This document shows, one piece after another, positions 27,755 to 40,124 of a stretch of DNA of 64,000 nucleotides. Every line of letters starts with the position of its first letter. Position 1 is the first letter of the stretch. The notes below the pieces were generated by a model. The model made no database searches, was not told the DNA's origin, and saw only the letters and a list, made by a program, of their open reading frames with translations. A program made the position numbers and the translations under genes. This DNA comes from Octopus vulgaris (lineage: Eukaryota): assembly GCA_951406725.2 (NCBI GenBank), contig OX597821.1, positions 43,586,001 to 43,650,000 on the forward strand. The letters are read 5' to 3'.

Positions 27755-28135
27755 TATTTCAGTCACAAGACAGTGGCCATGCTGGAGCATCACCGTGAAG
27801 GGTTTAGTCAAACAAATTGACCCCAGAACTTTCTTTCTGTTTTTAAGTTTGATACTTATTCTATTGGTCTCTTTTGCTTAACTGCTAAGTGATGGGGATG
27901 TAAACAAACCAGCACTGGTTGTCAAGGAGTAGTGGGGGACAAATACGAAACTCACACACACACACACACACACACAATAGGCTTCTTTCTGTTTCCATCT
28001 ATCAAATCCACTCACAAGTCTTTGGTCATTTTGGGGCAATAGAAGATACTTGCCCAAGGTGCCATGCATGGGAGTGAACTCAGAACCATGTGGTTGGGAA
28101 GCAAACCTCTTAAGCAGACAGCCATGCTTGTGCCT
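27755..28135 (-). mobile_element. SINE family A copy
   Basis: Reverse homology to 42290-42690. Confidence 0.8.
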
Positions 28136-28379
28136 ATATGTAGAACATTTATCCATGAAATATTTTGGTGTGTGAAGCAGTGGCAGGCTGTGAAAAACAA
28201 TTAAACAGTAGGTTAATTCCTCATGATGAAATTTTCTGTAACTAGTTATATCTGAGTTCTAATGGGCTTTATTAATAAAAAAAAGAGTGATTGTAAGAAA
28301 TAAAAGAAGGAAATCAATGAAGAATAAAAGGCAAGCAGAAGAGAAATAAAGAAAATCATCATCATTATCATCATCATCG

Positions 28380-28620
28380 TTTAACATCCATTTTCAATGC
28401 TAGCATGGGTTGGATGGTTCGACCGGGGTCTGGGAAGCCAGGAGGCTGCACCAGGCTCCAGTCTGATCTGGCAGTGTTTCTACAGCTGGATGCCCTTCCT
28501 AACGCCAACCACTCCGTGAGTGTAGTGGGTGCTTTTTACGTGCCACCGACACAGGTGCCAGGGGAGTCTGGCAGCGGCCACGATCGGTTGGTGCTTTTTA
28601 CGGGCCACTGGCACAGGTAT
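28380..28620 (-). mobile_element. RTE-derived 3'-end repeat
   Basis: Near-identical to 11731-11950. Confidence 0.8.
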
Positions 28621-29099
28621 CACAACTACTATTTCCATTTGATATTTATTTCGATGTTCATGTACTTGAAAAAGATTTTAAGGTCATAATAATTATATAA
28701 TCATGTAAAGGTGTTGAAAATCCTGAGGCAAAATAACTATGAATCTAAAAAGTGCGGATTAGTGGAATTAAATGATATTTCTTAAATTAGAAACCACGGC
28801 TGTCACCATGATAGTCTTTGTTGTCATCCTAATCATCATTGTTGTTGTCATCATTGTTGTCAATGACAACAACACAACCAGCAGCTAACTTTTGACTACT
28901 ATTACACCATCGTCGTCATCGTCGTCATCATCATCATCATCATCATTTTCATCGTTGTTGTTGTTGTCAACATCATTGTTTTAGTGTCTACTTTACCATG
29001 CTTGACAAAATTCATTGAGTCTCATTTTTTACAGATAGGCATCCTTTCCTGATGCCAAACCTAACCTGTTTCCAAGTATGGTAATATTTCTCCTGGGTA

Positions 29100-29315
29100 A
29101 GGTAGTGAGCTGGCAGAATTGCTACTGTGCTGGACAATATGCTTAGTGACATTTCACCTGTCTTTATGTTCTAAGTTCAAATTCTGCTGAGGTCGACTTT
29201 GCCTTTCATCCTTATGGGATTGATAAAATAAGTACCAGTTGAGCACTGGGGTTGATACAATTGATTCATACCTTCCCCCAAAATTGCTAGCCTTGTGCCA
29301 AAATTTAAAACCAGT
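29100..29315 (+). mobile_element. SINE family B copy, nested in a minus-strand RTE-tailed SINE
   Basis: gagctggcagaa..gttcaaattc..gcctttcatcctt..gataaaataagtaccag. Host halves lie at ~28980-29095 and ~29316-29410. Confidence 0.75.
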
Positions 29316-30061
29316 ATTTCTCCTTGGCTGGACATGTTTCCACAGAAAACTAGAAATGAATGATAAAGCGTGTATAATAGTGACACTTGCTTAGAATTAA
29401 TGACATGATGTCAAAATAAAAACACACACAAGGTTTCAATTGGCCTGAGGCTATGGTAGAAGACACCTGCTCAAGGTGCCACTCAATGGCACTCAGTGGA
29501 ACAGAATCCCAAACCACATAGTTGGGAGGCAAACTTCTTAACCACACAGTCATACCTGCACCTGAATAATTAAATATCAAGAAATAAGTAAGGTAAATGT
29601 AAAGATTTCATAATGAGACAAACAAGAATCTTTTTATGTTTAACTTTTTTCAGTCATTGGACTGTGGCCATGCTGGGGTACTGACTTGAAGAGTTTTTGT
29701 TCACCAAATCAGTCTCTGTATCTGTCTTTTTAAAGCTTGGTACTTATTCTATCAGTCTCTTTTGCTTAAGTGCTTAGTTATGGGCATGTAAACAATTCAA
29801 CAACAGTCAACAAGCAGTGATTGGGGGAAGAATACAGACACACACTCACACACACACATATATGTATACACACATACATACATACATACATACATACATA
29901 ATGCATACATACATGCATACATGCATACATACATACATACATACATACATACATACATACAAACATACATACAAACATACATACATACATACAAACATAC
30001 TTACAAACATACATACATGCATGCATGCATGCATACATACACACACATGCATACATACACA

Positions 30062-30720
30062 GAAGACCTGGATGGAAAGCATTTGGCATACTAAAAAGAG
30101 ACTATGCATGGGTATGTTGCCTGGAAGCTTGAAGAAGATAGTAGAATTGACATGAAGCGCAGCCTCTCTTGGACACAAGACCACTACATCGCACTTTGCA
30201 GGATATGTGTTTGCAGTCCAGGAACGGCAGATTGCCACAAACTACCAGGTGAACAAGAAAACCAGTGATACTCTTGTAATTCCAAAGTGCAACTGCATGT
30301 GTAGGCTATGTCATGTTTCTGTAGAAGACATCATGCATGTGATTAGCATTTGCCCTAAAATGTCATCATGGTACTACCTCCCTACGTGGCATGATGTTGC
30401 TAAAACAATTTACAATGCCATCTGCAAAAAAGACCGTCCTGAAATAAATTTAGAAAATCCCTCTGTTATGGAATATGTTCATAAACACCAACTCAAGAAA
30501 TACTGGTGAAATATTCTCTTCAATACCTCTGTCAAATGTAAACATAAACAGACCGGATATTGTTGTTTGGGACAGAGGAGCAAAGGTCTGTACCATCATA
30601 GAGGTCAGCTGCCCTGCGGATATAAATATCTCTTTGACAATCAAAAAAATAAAAAGGATATCTATGGATAACTGCTTTGAAACCTTCAGCTTCTACATTC
30701 AGACTATGAATTTACAGTAA
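30062..30720 (+). mobile_element. RLE-class (R4/Dong/NeSL-like) LINE C-terminal relic
   Basis: FAVQERQIAT, zinc knuckle CRLCHVSVEDIMHVISICP, WHD (RHD motif), and endonuclease RPDIVVWD..IIEVSCP. Confidence 0.8.
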
Positions 30721-30726
30721 AGATTG

Positions 30727-31240
30727 TTTGCCAGCATAACATGGCAGTCCTCGTTTACGACTAATGTTGTTGTAATTTGGCCCCAGGAGACTTCGTCTCC
30801 AGCTGGTTATACAACACGATCTGTGTCCTTATATTTTCAAGCAAGGAAATGTAGCACCCCAACTCAGCACAAAATATCTGTGTATCATGATTTCTGGGTT
30901 ATTTCTCTTCATCATAGAAGTGGTGCTGCCAAATTCCCATTTGAAATATATAGTTTTCAAAGTGACACATCTTGTCACTGATTTATAAATTAGAAAATTA
31001 CTATTACAATTCTCACATTGTGAGAATTAAAAATTACTATTCACACATTGTGAGAATTAAAAATAGTAATTTTCTAATTTATAAATCAGTGACTGGTTGT
31101 CACTTTGAAAACTATACACTTTGAATGGGAATTTGGCAGTGCCACCTCTAGCCGAGCAATTATTCTGTGCTGATGAAAAGAAATAACCCAGAAATCGTGA
31201 TACTCAGATATTGTTTTGACAGATATTGTTTTGAATTGAG
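30727..31240. mobile_element. HHR-bearing element with an inverted duplication (arms ~30861-31015 and ~31050-31240) plus a structured tail
   Basis: The arms are reverse complements. Plus-strand HHR at 31164-31208: TCTGTG-CTGATGA..GAAA-TCGTGA-TA-CTCAGA. The minus arm keeps GAAATCATGATACACAGA. Confidence 0.75.
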
Positions 31241-31356
31241 TGTATATATATATACACACACACACACATGAACATTCTTCTATTTTATTCCTTATAAACT
31301 GTGAATTTTATCCCTTACAAATTGTAAATTTTCCCTGTCTAAAATATTCATACCTT

Positions 31357-31432
31357 GTCTCTGATGACAGAGTACTGAGTGTGTGAACATGCTAACTTAC
31401 CACATGGGTTATCCCAGAAACGGCTGTAAGAC
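31357..31432 (+). ncRNA. Type I hammerhead ribozyme with extended stem II, in a ~250-bp element (31270-31520)
   Basis: GTCT-CTGATGA..GAAAC-GGCT-GTA-AGAC. The family copy at 43799-43874 has palindromic ACAGCTGT. Confidence 0.7.
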
Positions 31433-31523
31433 TCCAAATTCATCTTACCCTAATTAAGTTATTCTAAATGACTTGAGCTACTCATTCTGCCTTGGCTTTT
31501 GATTTTTCCTCTAATATAATATA

Positions 31524-31557
<34 letters not shown>

Positions 31558-31664
31558 AATAGATATTTAGCAGAAGCAACATAGTGACTCATGGGCCAAG
31601 AGTTTTGTGCATTAGTGCTATCAACACACACACACATGTATGTATGTATGTATGTATATATGTA

Positions 31665-32232
31665 CATACGAGAAAAATGCCCCCCCCCCCCCGTCCAATG
31701 GACGGTGCTGAGTTGTCAAACATTTAAACCAAATTTTCTCAAAACAACTTGTCTGACCGTCCCATAGGCCTCCCATTTGAGAAACACTGATTTAACCTAA
31801 ATTTGAGAAACCAGCAAAAGAAGAAATAAAGATAGACTTTTTTTCTATTCCAAAGAAAAACGATTTTATTCACACAAATATGCAATGGAAGAGTTTAAAG
31901 TACCAGTAATGATAAGGCTGTTCACTGGGAGAACACAAACATGGTTTAAACAGTAAGCTTGCCAGGAAAGATACGTGCCTTTAAGCAGTACAAAAACAAC
32001 AAAAAATGGAAGGTGCGGTTATGTACAGGTTGATGGAAGAAAAGCAGGACAAAAACGGCTTTATCGATCGCATTCTCACCTGCAATCGATTTTTGTAATT
32101 TTTTCAAGACTTATACATGTCCTGATACCATCGGTATCTACATATCAAATTTGAGCTCAATCTGATGGAGGATGCCCAAGATCTGAGAAGACTCACACAC
32201 AGACAAACAGAACGGATTTTATATAAGAGATG
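31665..32232 (+). mobile_element. Possible non-autonomous Helitron/Helentron-like (HINE-type) element
   Basis: The 3' end catatcaaatttga..acagacaaacaga..ttttatataagagat resembles DINE/HINE termini (recalled pattern only). Confidence 0.35.
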
Positions 32233-32368
32233 ATGGTTTTTTTTCCATTTCTGTCTACCAATCCACTCACAAAATCTTTGGTCAATCTGGTGCTATAGTA
32301 GAAGACACTTGCCTGAGATTCCACACAATGAGACTGAACCCACACCTTCACCTATTACTGTCTATTTT

Positions 32369-32601
32369 AAGGCGGTGAGCTGGCAGAAACGTTAGCGCGC
32401 AGGGTGAAATGCTTAGCGGTATTTTGTCTGTTGTTATGTTCTGAGTTCGAATTCCGTCGAGGTTGACTTTGTCTTTCATCCTTTCGGGGTCGATAAATAA
32501 AGTACCAGTTTCGCACTGGGGTCGATGTAATCGACTTAATCCGTTTGTCTGTCCTTGTTTGTCCCCTCTATGTTTAGCCCCTTGTGGGTAGTAAAGAAAT
32601 A
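32369..32601 (+). mobile_element. SINE family B, full-length, with a 16-bp TSD
   Basis: tRNA-like boxes (gagctggcagaa, gttcgaattcc). TSD tattactgtctatttt at 32353-32368 and 32602-32617. Confidence 0.9.
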
Positions 32602-33019
32602 TATTACTGTCTATTTTTTTAGCTGCTGATTTATGTATGCTGATCGTATTTGAGTCCAATGACTACGACTGACAACCGTAAACAGAATTTGATGAGTTTT
32701 GTTATTCAAATGTAAACTCTAGTTACAAACGCATACCAAGCATAATATCTATTTGTTACATCTGTGCCCCCTAGCTGTCTTTCTTCCTGTTGTTAGTTAA
32801 TTCAACAAAAATACCACCTTATGTTTCACATAGCCAACTATTACATTCATTACACTTAATTACCTTGGGTGGTTTTGTTTTCCTCTTTTATTTTTTTTTA
32901 TGTCACCACCCAAACCCTCACAAAGAAGAGCATCTAAGAAGCTTATTCCTTTTGACATTTTTATCTAGTTTAATTCATTCTAAATTCACATTTAGCCCTC
33001 ACATTATATATATATATAT

Positions 33020-33205
33020 TCCACCACCACCGCCACTGCCACCGCCACCGCCACTGCCACCGCCGCCGCCACCGCCGCCGCCACCACCACCACCACCACC
33101 ACAACCACCACCTCCATCAGCATTATCAAGCTCTTTATAACCACCCTCATTATCACAGGCCCCACTCCCAATACAGCTATTATCAAGATCATCATCATCA
33201 TCAAC

Positions 33206-33237
<32 letters not shown>

Positions 33238-34012
33238 AACCACTGCCATCATCGCTAGTACCACCACTACTATCTTCCCACCGTTACACCCACTGCCATC
33301 ACCATACCTCTGCTGCCATTACTACCACCACCTCACCATTATCACCATTAGCACTCTTGTTTTCTTTATAACCAAGGCTGTCATTATCATAAACCACTGG
33401 TGCTGCACCCACTCCTACTGCAATCATTACCAGGATCATCATCCTCATCCTCTTTATTACCAACACTCCTATCACCACCACTACAACCACCCTCTCATCA
33501 TCATCATCGTCGTCGTCATTGTCCTGTCAACATGATGATGGTGATCAGCAACATCATCACCATGCAAACATCATCATCTTTACAATCATACTCCTCTTCT
33601 TCCTTTTCCCCTCCTCTCCCTTTTCCCCCTCCTCTCCCTTTCCCCCTCCTCTTCCTTTCCCCCTCCTCTTCCTCTTCTCCCTCCACCGCTCATCATTATC
33701 AGTATCACTATGCCATCGGTGTCCTGTCAACATGATGACGATCAGCAACATCATCACAGAATCATCTTTACAACCATTTTCCTCCCCTCCTCTCCTCCTC
33801 CTTCTGCCCCCTCCTCTTCCTTATTGTCATCATCATCACCATACAAACATCCTTTTTCACAATCCTCCTCTGTCTCTGCCTTCTCTTCGTTCTAAATTAT
33901 CATCTTCACAATTATTATCCTCCTCTCCGTCATCATCGTCATCATCATCATCATCATCAGTAGCTCCACACTATCACCACCACCATCACCACCACCATCA
34001 CCACCACCACCG
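33020..34012. repeat. (CCA/CCG/CAT/CCT)n low-complexity region with an internal ~200-bp duplication
   Basis: Mixed triplet runs; tgtcctgtcaacatgatga occurs at 33520 and 33720. Confidence 0.85.
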
Positions 34013-34879
34013 CCTAATCAAGATGGAAGAGCAGTGTCCTTGACTCGCAATGCTAGTGGGACGGAGGGTGGGAGGGACGAAGGTACTCACAGATTAAAGA
34101 CCTGGCTTGAATACTTACATCAGAGTGGACTCAGCTAAAGTTACTTAAGATACCGAGTGGTGGCAATGTCTTAAGTTTACCACTCAAATATGATAAAGAA
34201 GGATTTGAACTCAGCAAAGAACTGGAGCAAATATCACAAGGCATCTAATCCAACATTCATACAGTTCTCCCAATTCATTGCTCTAGATTGGAATTATTTT
34301 ATTGACTCCTGAAAGGTTGAAAGTCAATGTAGACCTTGGCAAGATTTGAATTCAGAGTATAGAGAGTTTGGAAAAAATACTGGCATTTTAGCCAATATTT
34401 TTAATATTCTGAAGTAGGCTCTTGTGGTTAATAGACTTGCAGCAGGAATACGCAGCAGTCAGATCACTACACCCAATGTTATGATCTGCTAGAATATTAC
34501 CCACATAATAAAATCTAACCAATCATGACTTTGCCTTGAACTGGCTCCAGCAACAATTCCATCTTTTTGTGCCTTTCTCTCTGAGCCAATTCATCTGTAT
34601 GTATTCAGCACATTTTAGCTACTTGGGAGAGAGCATTGACAGCCAACAGAGATGACAGGCGGCAGCTGAGCTGAGCTGACAACGACCACAATGAATAATT
34701 GATGACAACAACACAACCAGCAGCTAACCTTTTGACTACTATTACAATTACATCAAGAAGAATCAAAACTTTCTCCTGCTTTGTTGTTTGTAGCATCAAC
34801 AATATCTGCTTTTTGTTTACAACAAGTATAAAATTTTGATTGTCAAAACTCTCAACAGATTTCATCGTCTTATGACAAA

Positions 34880-34997
34880 CTCATTAAACTTGCCATAAGC
34901 TAAACTTGACAGGATGTAGACTTTCGTGATTGATAGATTGCTTAACTCTCTTCCAGTATTCTAAACCTAGCAGGAAGTAGATCTTTGTGCTTGCTAG

Positions 34998-35062
<65 letters not shown>

Positions 35063-36040
35063 CAGTAAAAACAATTAAGATTCAAGTGAGTTCCAATGAA
35101 TTCACGTGAATGTGGTACTTAACTTAGATGCACCAGAAATCTTTATGGTATTAACCATAAAATAATGTGGGGTGATTATAAACAAGATAAAAGCAACAAG
35201 AATGGATTAGTTGTTCAGTACAATTGTTTCATACGAAGAACAGATTTATTAAAAGCTGCAAAAATTGCAGCAAATACAAATGTCCGTATTCATCAGCCAA
35301 AACACATATGAGTTTTCCAAACATCCTAGGGGGTGAGGCTACACTCATGAAGTAACGAAGTAACCATCTAACTTTTGATTTTCATAGAACTCTCTTCGTT
35401 ACTTCATGAGTGTAGCCTCACCCCCTAGGATGTTTGGAAAACTCATATGTGTTTTGACTGATGAATACGGGACATTTGTATTTGCTGCAATTTTTGCAGC
35501 TTTTAATAAATCTGTTCTTCGTATGAAACAATTGTACTGAACAACTAATCCATTCTTGTTGCTTTTATCTTGTGTATATATATATATATATATATATGAA
35601 AGAAATTGTTGTATATAGTGCTCAGGTGCACTATAACTAAGAAACAAAATATCCATCAGGTGTACTGTTGGCAGATTTCAGGAAGCATGGAAGTTTTGAA
35701 GGATGTAGTGTCTCAACAGCTAATAACCGATGCAGGTAGTTTCCCTCAAAGTCTCTTCCTATATGCTACACCTGACAGGAAATAGGCCCGTGTGATTGAT
35801 AGATACCTTAAACTCTCTTCCTATAATCTAAACCTGACAGGATGTAGGCCCTTGAGAATGCTGGTCCCCTTAAACTCTCTTCCGATATTCTAAAGCTGGC
35901 AGGAAATAAACACTTGTGATTTTTAGATCCCTTAAAGTCTCTTCCTATATGTTACACCTAACAAGAAGTAGGCCCTTGTGAATGTTAGTCCCCTTAAAGT
36001 CTTTTCCTATATGTTACAGTTAACAGGAAGTAGGCCCTCA
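34880..36040. repeat. 62-bp minisatellite, interrupted
   Basis: Units in register at 35752, 35814, 35876, 35938 and 36000, with two more diverged units at ~34880-35000. Confidence 0.85.
35060..35575. mobile_element. Inverted (head-to-head) pair of HHR elements
   Basis: Arms 35182-35360 and 35394-35573 are nearly identical reverse complements. HHRs at 35213-35302 (-) and 35451-35542 (+): CTGATGA-ATACG..CGTAT-GAAAC-AATT-GTA. Confidence 0.85.
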
Positions 36041-36711
36041 CACAGTAGCATAGCTGGAGAGTGTGTTTCCTAAGGTAGGCCTTGAGTTAACCAAATCTTC
36101 CTCTTATTACATTCTGCCAGCTTTCAAAATGGAAGGGCATATTGATAATTATCAACATTATAATGTTGTCCCAGATACAACGTGTCCACAAAAAAGGAAT
36201 GATTAATGCTGTAATGACTTTGAATAGCTCTGCTTGATTAGGGATTACTCAGGGTTAAAGAACAACACCAAGAAGAACAACATCATTTAAAATATTGTGC
36301 TTGCTCAACATACAAGAAACTATTACTTCATTTTTCACCTCAGTTGTCTTATGAAAAAATGTGAAGTAAGCAGGAAGGTTAAGTTCGGAATGTATTTGTT
36401 CCTAGGATTACTCGATGAGAGCTAACCTGGTGCTAAATGACAACAACAACAACAGCAACAACCTATTAAACTTATCTAAAGAAATTTAGTATTGTTATGT
36501 ATATTTTAAATTAGGTTTTGCCTGTTATCTACAGGTTGCTTTAGAAGTATATGTTAGTCAGCATGGGTAGTATCAAGAAATATGGCATATATACATATAA
36601 CATAACATTTATCAAATTTCTTGGTGTTTATATAAAATGATGAAATGAATATTAACTTTCAAAGGAAAAATATTTGCTACCAAACCCCTATGTGCACTCA
36701 TCCAGCACCTC

Positions 36712-37129
36712 TAGTACTGGATTAACCATGAAGCAAAATAAGAGCATGGTTAGGGCATCAAGGGAAGGTGAGATGCACCCTAAAAATGGTAGATGGTTTA
36801 TGGCACTAAAGAAATCACTTTAAACTTGCTAAGATAATATTTGGTATGCCTTATCTCTACTAAGTATAGAAGTAAATGTGTTAAGTAAAATTAATTTTGA
36901 GGATCTGATCAAAAACTATGCTATTAAAAAAGTAGAAAAAACTTCCACAAATAAAGTGGAAGTATACAAAAATAAACACTATTTTCCATCTTATTATTAG
37001 TTTTGTTTCATTTTGAAAAATAAAATGTATCTTATGATCTATTATTGTTTATATGTTGAATTACATTTATATTGAGGCACTAAAATCTTTTAAATGCTCA
37101 GGGCCTTTATGGGTCTTAATCCAGCCCTG
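36712..37129. mobile_element. hAT-type MITE, second copy
   Basis: Colinear with 14751-15175; degenerate 8-bp TSD agcacctc/tgcatctc. Confidence 0.8.
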
Positions 37130-37359
37130 TGCATCTCTTTATGTTACCTCTCTCCGAATCTGTCATTTACTCTCTCTCTCTTCTCCTCTTTCTATATGAT
37201 GTAAAATATAATGAACCAACCAACCAACCAATATTCATATCAACTATTATTACATAGAGATGAAAGCCAATGTTAATTTGGGAGAAAGTGAATTAGAATC
37301 AAAGTTAATTATAGCATGCATATTTTCAAGAATCAGCCTACAATTTTATGTCTTCTTAG

Positions 37360-37423
37360 ATTGTCTTTAGAGCCACCTTCACTGGAAGATTTCACACATA
37401 TCATAGATTGTTGTATGTTACAG
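37360..37423 (+). CDS. Candidate internal host exon (xLSLEPPSLEDFTHIIDCCMLQ)
   Basis: ttttatgtcttcttag acceptor, CAG|GTGAAA donor and an open frame in non-repeat sequence. No homology recognised. Confidence 0.3.
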
Positions 37424-38733
37424 GTGAAAATTGTAATTAATTTTGTTGGTTTGTCAAATCATCACTTTCTAAATGTAAAGGAAGTGTTAAAAGACTTTAC
37501 ACCTCATTCAAACATGACAGGTTTAGCAAGCATGATGTGCTGTAATGAAGGTGCTGTGTGATGAAAAGTGTAATTAATTATGTTATAATACAGTAGATAT
37601 CTGAGTGGGAACTGTGCAACGTGTTCTGTCAGTTTTTGAACACAAACTTGATGAAGTTATATTGAAGTTGTCATGAACACAGAAACTGACATGAATCTTG
37701 CTGTAATGGGAAGCACATGTTCAATAGTGAATGCTTGTAAATCAATTTTTACTTTAATTTCTAATTAATGTTTATGTGAAAGGAAGGAGGGTAGCACCAA
37801 AGTGGAGGTGTTAAACTGGATGATGGATTAAATCTACTGACCCAACAACAGAAAATTAGTCTTGCCATTCAAATGGATTTCCATACAGTTTCCATCTTCA
37901 GATTCTGTTCACAAGGCTTGCCTCACTGAGAGGCAATGGCTCAAGGTGCCATATAGTGGGATCAAACCAGGTATCACTTGGTTGCAAAGCAAGTTTTTTA
38001 ACCACAGAACCATACATGATTAGAGTTGTGAAAAATCCATTTATCACCATGACCATATATGAAAGTAATTTGATATTTATGTTGTGGACGACAAACTTGA
38101 TTTACTCTGATTGCTGTTGATTGTAAGTCATTAATCAACCCCAGCCAGTTGACCTATCATCAAAGGTACTTCAACTCATCATTTTTTTTCAAGTGGCATA
38201 GTACACCATGGACTACATTATGAATTTGTCCTGTTTTGTTAAGAGAAAATTTAGCAGCTGTTTTCTGCAGACCATGCAACTATGTAGAGGCACACTTCAT
38301 TCACTTGTTTTAGTTAGATTGAGAGGTGATAAGATTGAACAGTTAAACAACAGACAAGTGGGCATGAAAAAGTATATTGTGATATTTGATTCAGAGATTT
38401 GTGTATAAAATGTTTTGTATTGAGTATATATCATATTACTGTTGTTGTTGTTGCTGTTTTCATTGTTGGTCTTGTTGTTGGTGGTGTTATTAGTTAGAAG
38501 TCTTGGTGGTGTCTGTTTATTTTCTTACATGTCTGATAAATTAGTCTATGTTTAGTATTTAATGCAGATCAGCCTTTGACAAGTTCGTTAGAGAATGTGT
38601 GACTATTCCAATATTACCTGTCCTTTTGAAATGATTAAATATAAAATGTTCTTAGACATGTGACAATTGCTGTAGCCACAGGCTGATCAAAACTTTGTGG
38701 GTGAATTGAGTAGACAGAAAGTGAAAGAAGCTC

Positions 38734-38777
<44 letters not shown>

Positions 38778-38787
38778 TATAAATGTG

Positions 38788-39635
38788 CAGGCATGGCTGT
38801 TTGTTAAGTTGTATACTCCCTAACAACCACATGATTCTGGGTTCAGTCCTACTGCATGGCACCTTGGGAAAGTGTCTTCTACCATAACCTCCAGCCAACC
38901 AAAGACTTGTGAGTGAATTTGGTAGATGGAAATTGAAAGAAGCCTGTTGTATATTTGTATATATCTTTGTGTGTGTCTGTGTTTGTCACTCTCCACTGAT
39001 TGGTAACCAGTGTTGATGTGTTTATGTTCCAATAACTTAGTAGTTTGGCAAAAGAAATCGGTAGGATAAGTAGCAGGCTTAAAAAAATAAGTACTTGTGT
39101 TGATTCATTTGACTAAAATTCTTCTAGACTGCGCCCAAACATGGCCATATTCTAATGACTGAAACAAGTAAAGCATAAAAGATAATATATATATATATAT
39201 ATAATACAGAATACAGACAATTGAAAACACAAATCATAGGCAGTTAGGAGTGGCTATGTGGTAAGTAGCTTGCTAACCAACCACATGGTTCTGGGTTCAG
39301 TCCCCCACTGCATGGCACCTTGGACAAATGTCTTCTACTATAGCCTCAGGCTGACCAAAGCCTTGTGAATGGATTTGGTAGACGGAAACTGAAAGAAGCC
39401 CATCATGCATATATATATATCTATATTTGTACATGTTTGTGTGTCTGTGTTTGTCCCCCTACCATCGCTTGACAATGGATGTTGGTGTGTTTATGGCCCT
39501 GTAGCTTATTGGTTCAGCAAAAGAGGATGATAAAATAAGAACTAGGCTTATAAGGAATAAGTCCTGGGATCGATTTGTTCAACTAAAGGTGGTGTTCTAG
39601 CATGGCTGCAGTCAAATGACCGAAACAAAAAAAAG
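38788..39635 (+). mobile_element. Two adjacent SINE family A copies (38788-39185 and 39245-39635)
   Basis: Both are homologous to 42290-42690. Confidence 0.85.
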
Positions 39636-40124
39636 AAAAAAGTCACACTGATTCCCGAATGCATGAATGAAAATATTCAATCAAAGTAGTTGAATCATTA
39701 TATATTTATACCCATCAACATAAATCATGCATGTACAGGCATAAAGATTCTTCAAGGGTATAGGGAATAAAACCAAACATACATAAAATTATAGAAAAAA
39801 TATAAAAATATATAAGAATACTTAAAAAATTACATATAAATAAAATTTACATGTAATGGGTTATGTGTAATAAATATAGGAGGTGCAAAATGAATGAGAG
39901 GTTGATAAATATAGGAATAAAAATGTCAACTTTTAAAATGGCAAACCCCCTAAATCATCTAAAAATCACTTATACATATAGAATGTAAGACAGAAAGAAT
40001 GCTAGATATCAAAGTTAAAAAAAAAAACATAAATGAAAAGGATCCCAAAATAGGAGAGTGTTCTATCTACACCTATTTCAGGGGTACATTACCAGTCATG
40101 TATATACACATGTGCAGACGTGGT

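Noticed and set aside
33000-34043. Pro/His/Ser-rich ORFs of up to 174 aa
   Set aside because: They derive from triplet low-complexity sequence and have no splice or homology support.
35745-36040. Regularly spaced repeats resembling a CRISPR array
   Set aside because: Whole 62-bp units are homologous, with no unique spacers and no cas genes, in a eukaryotic context.
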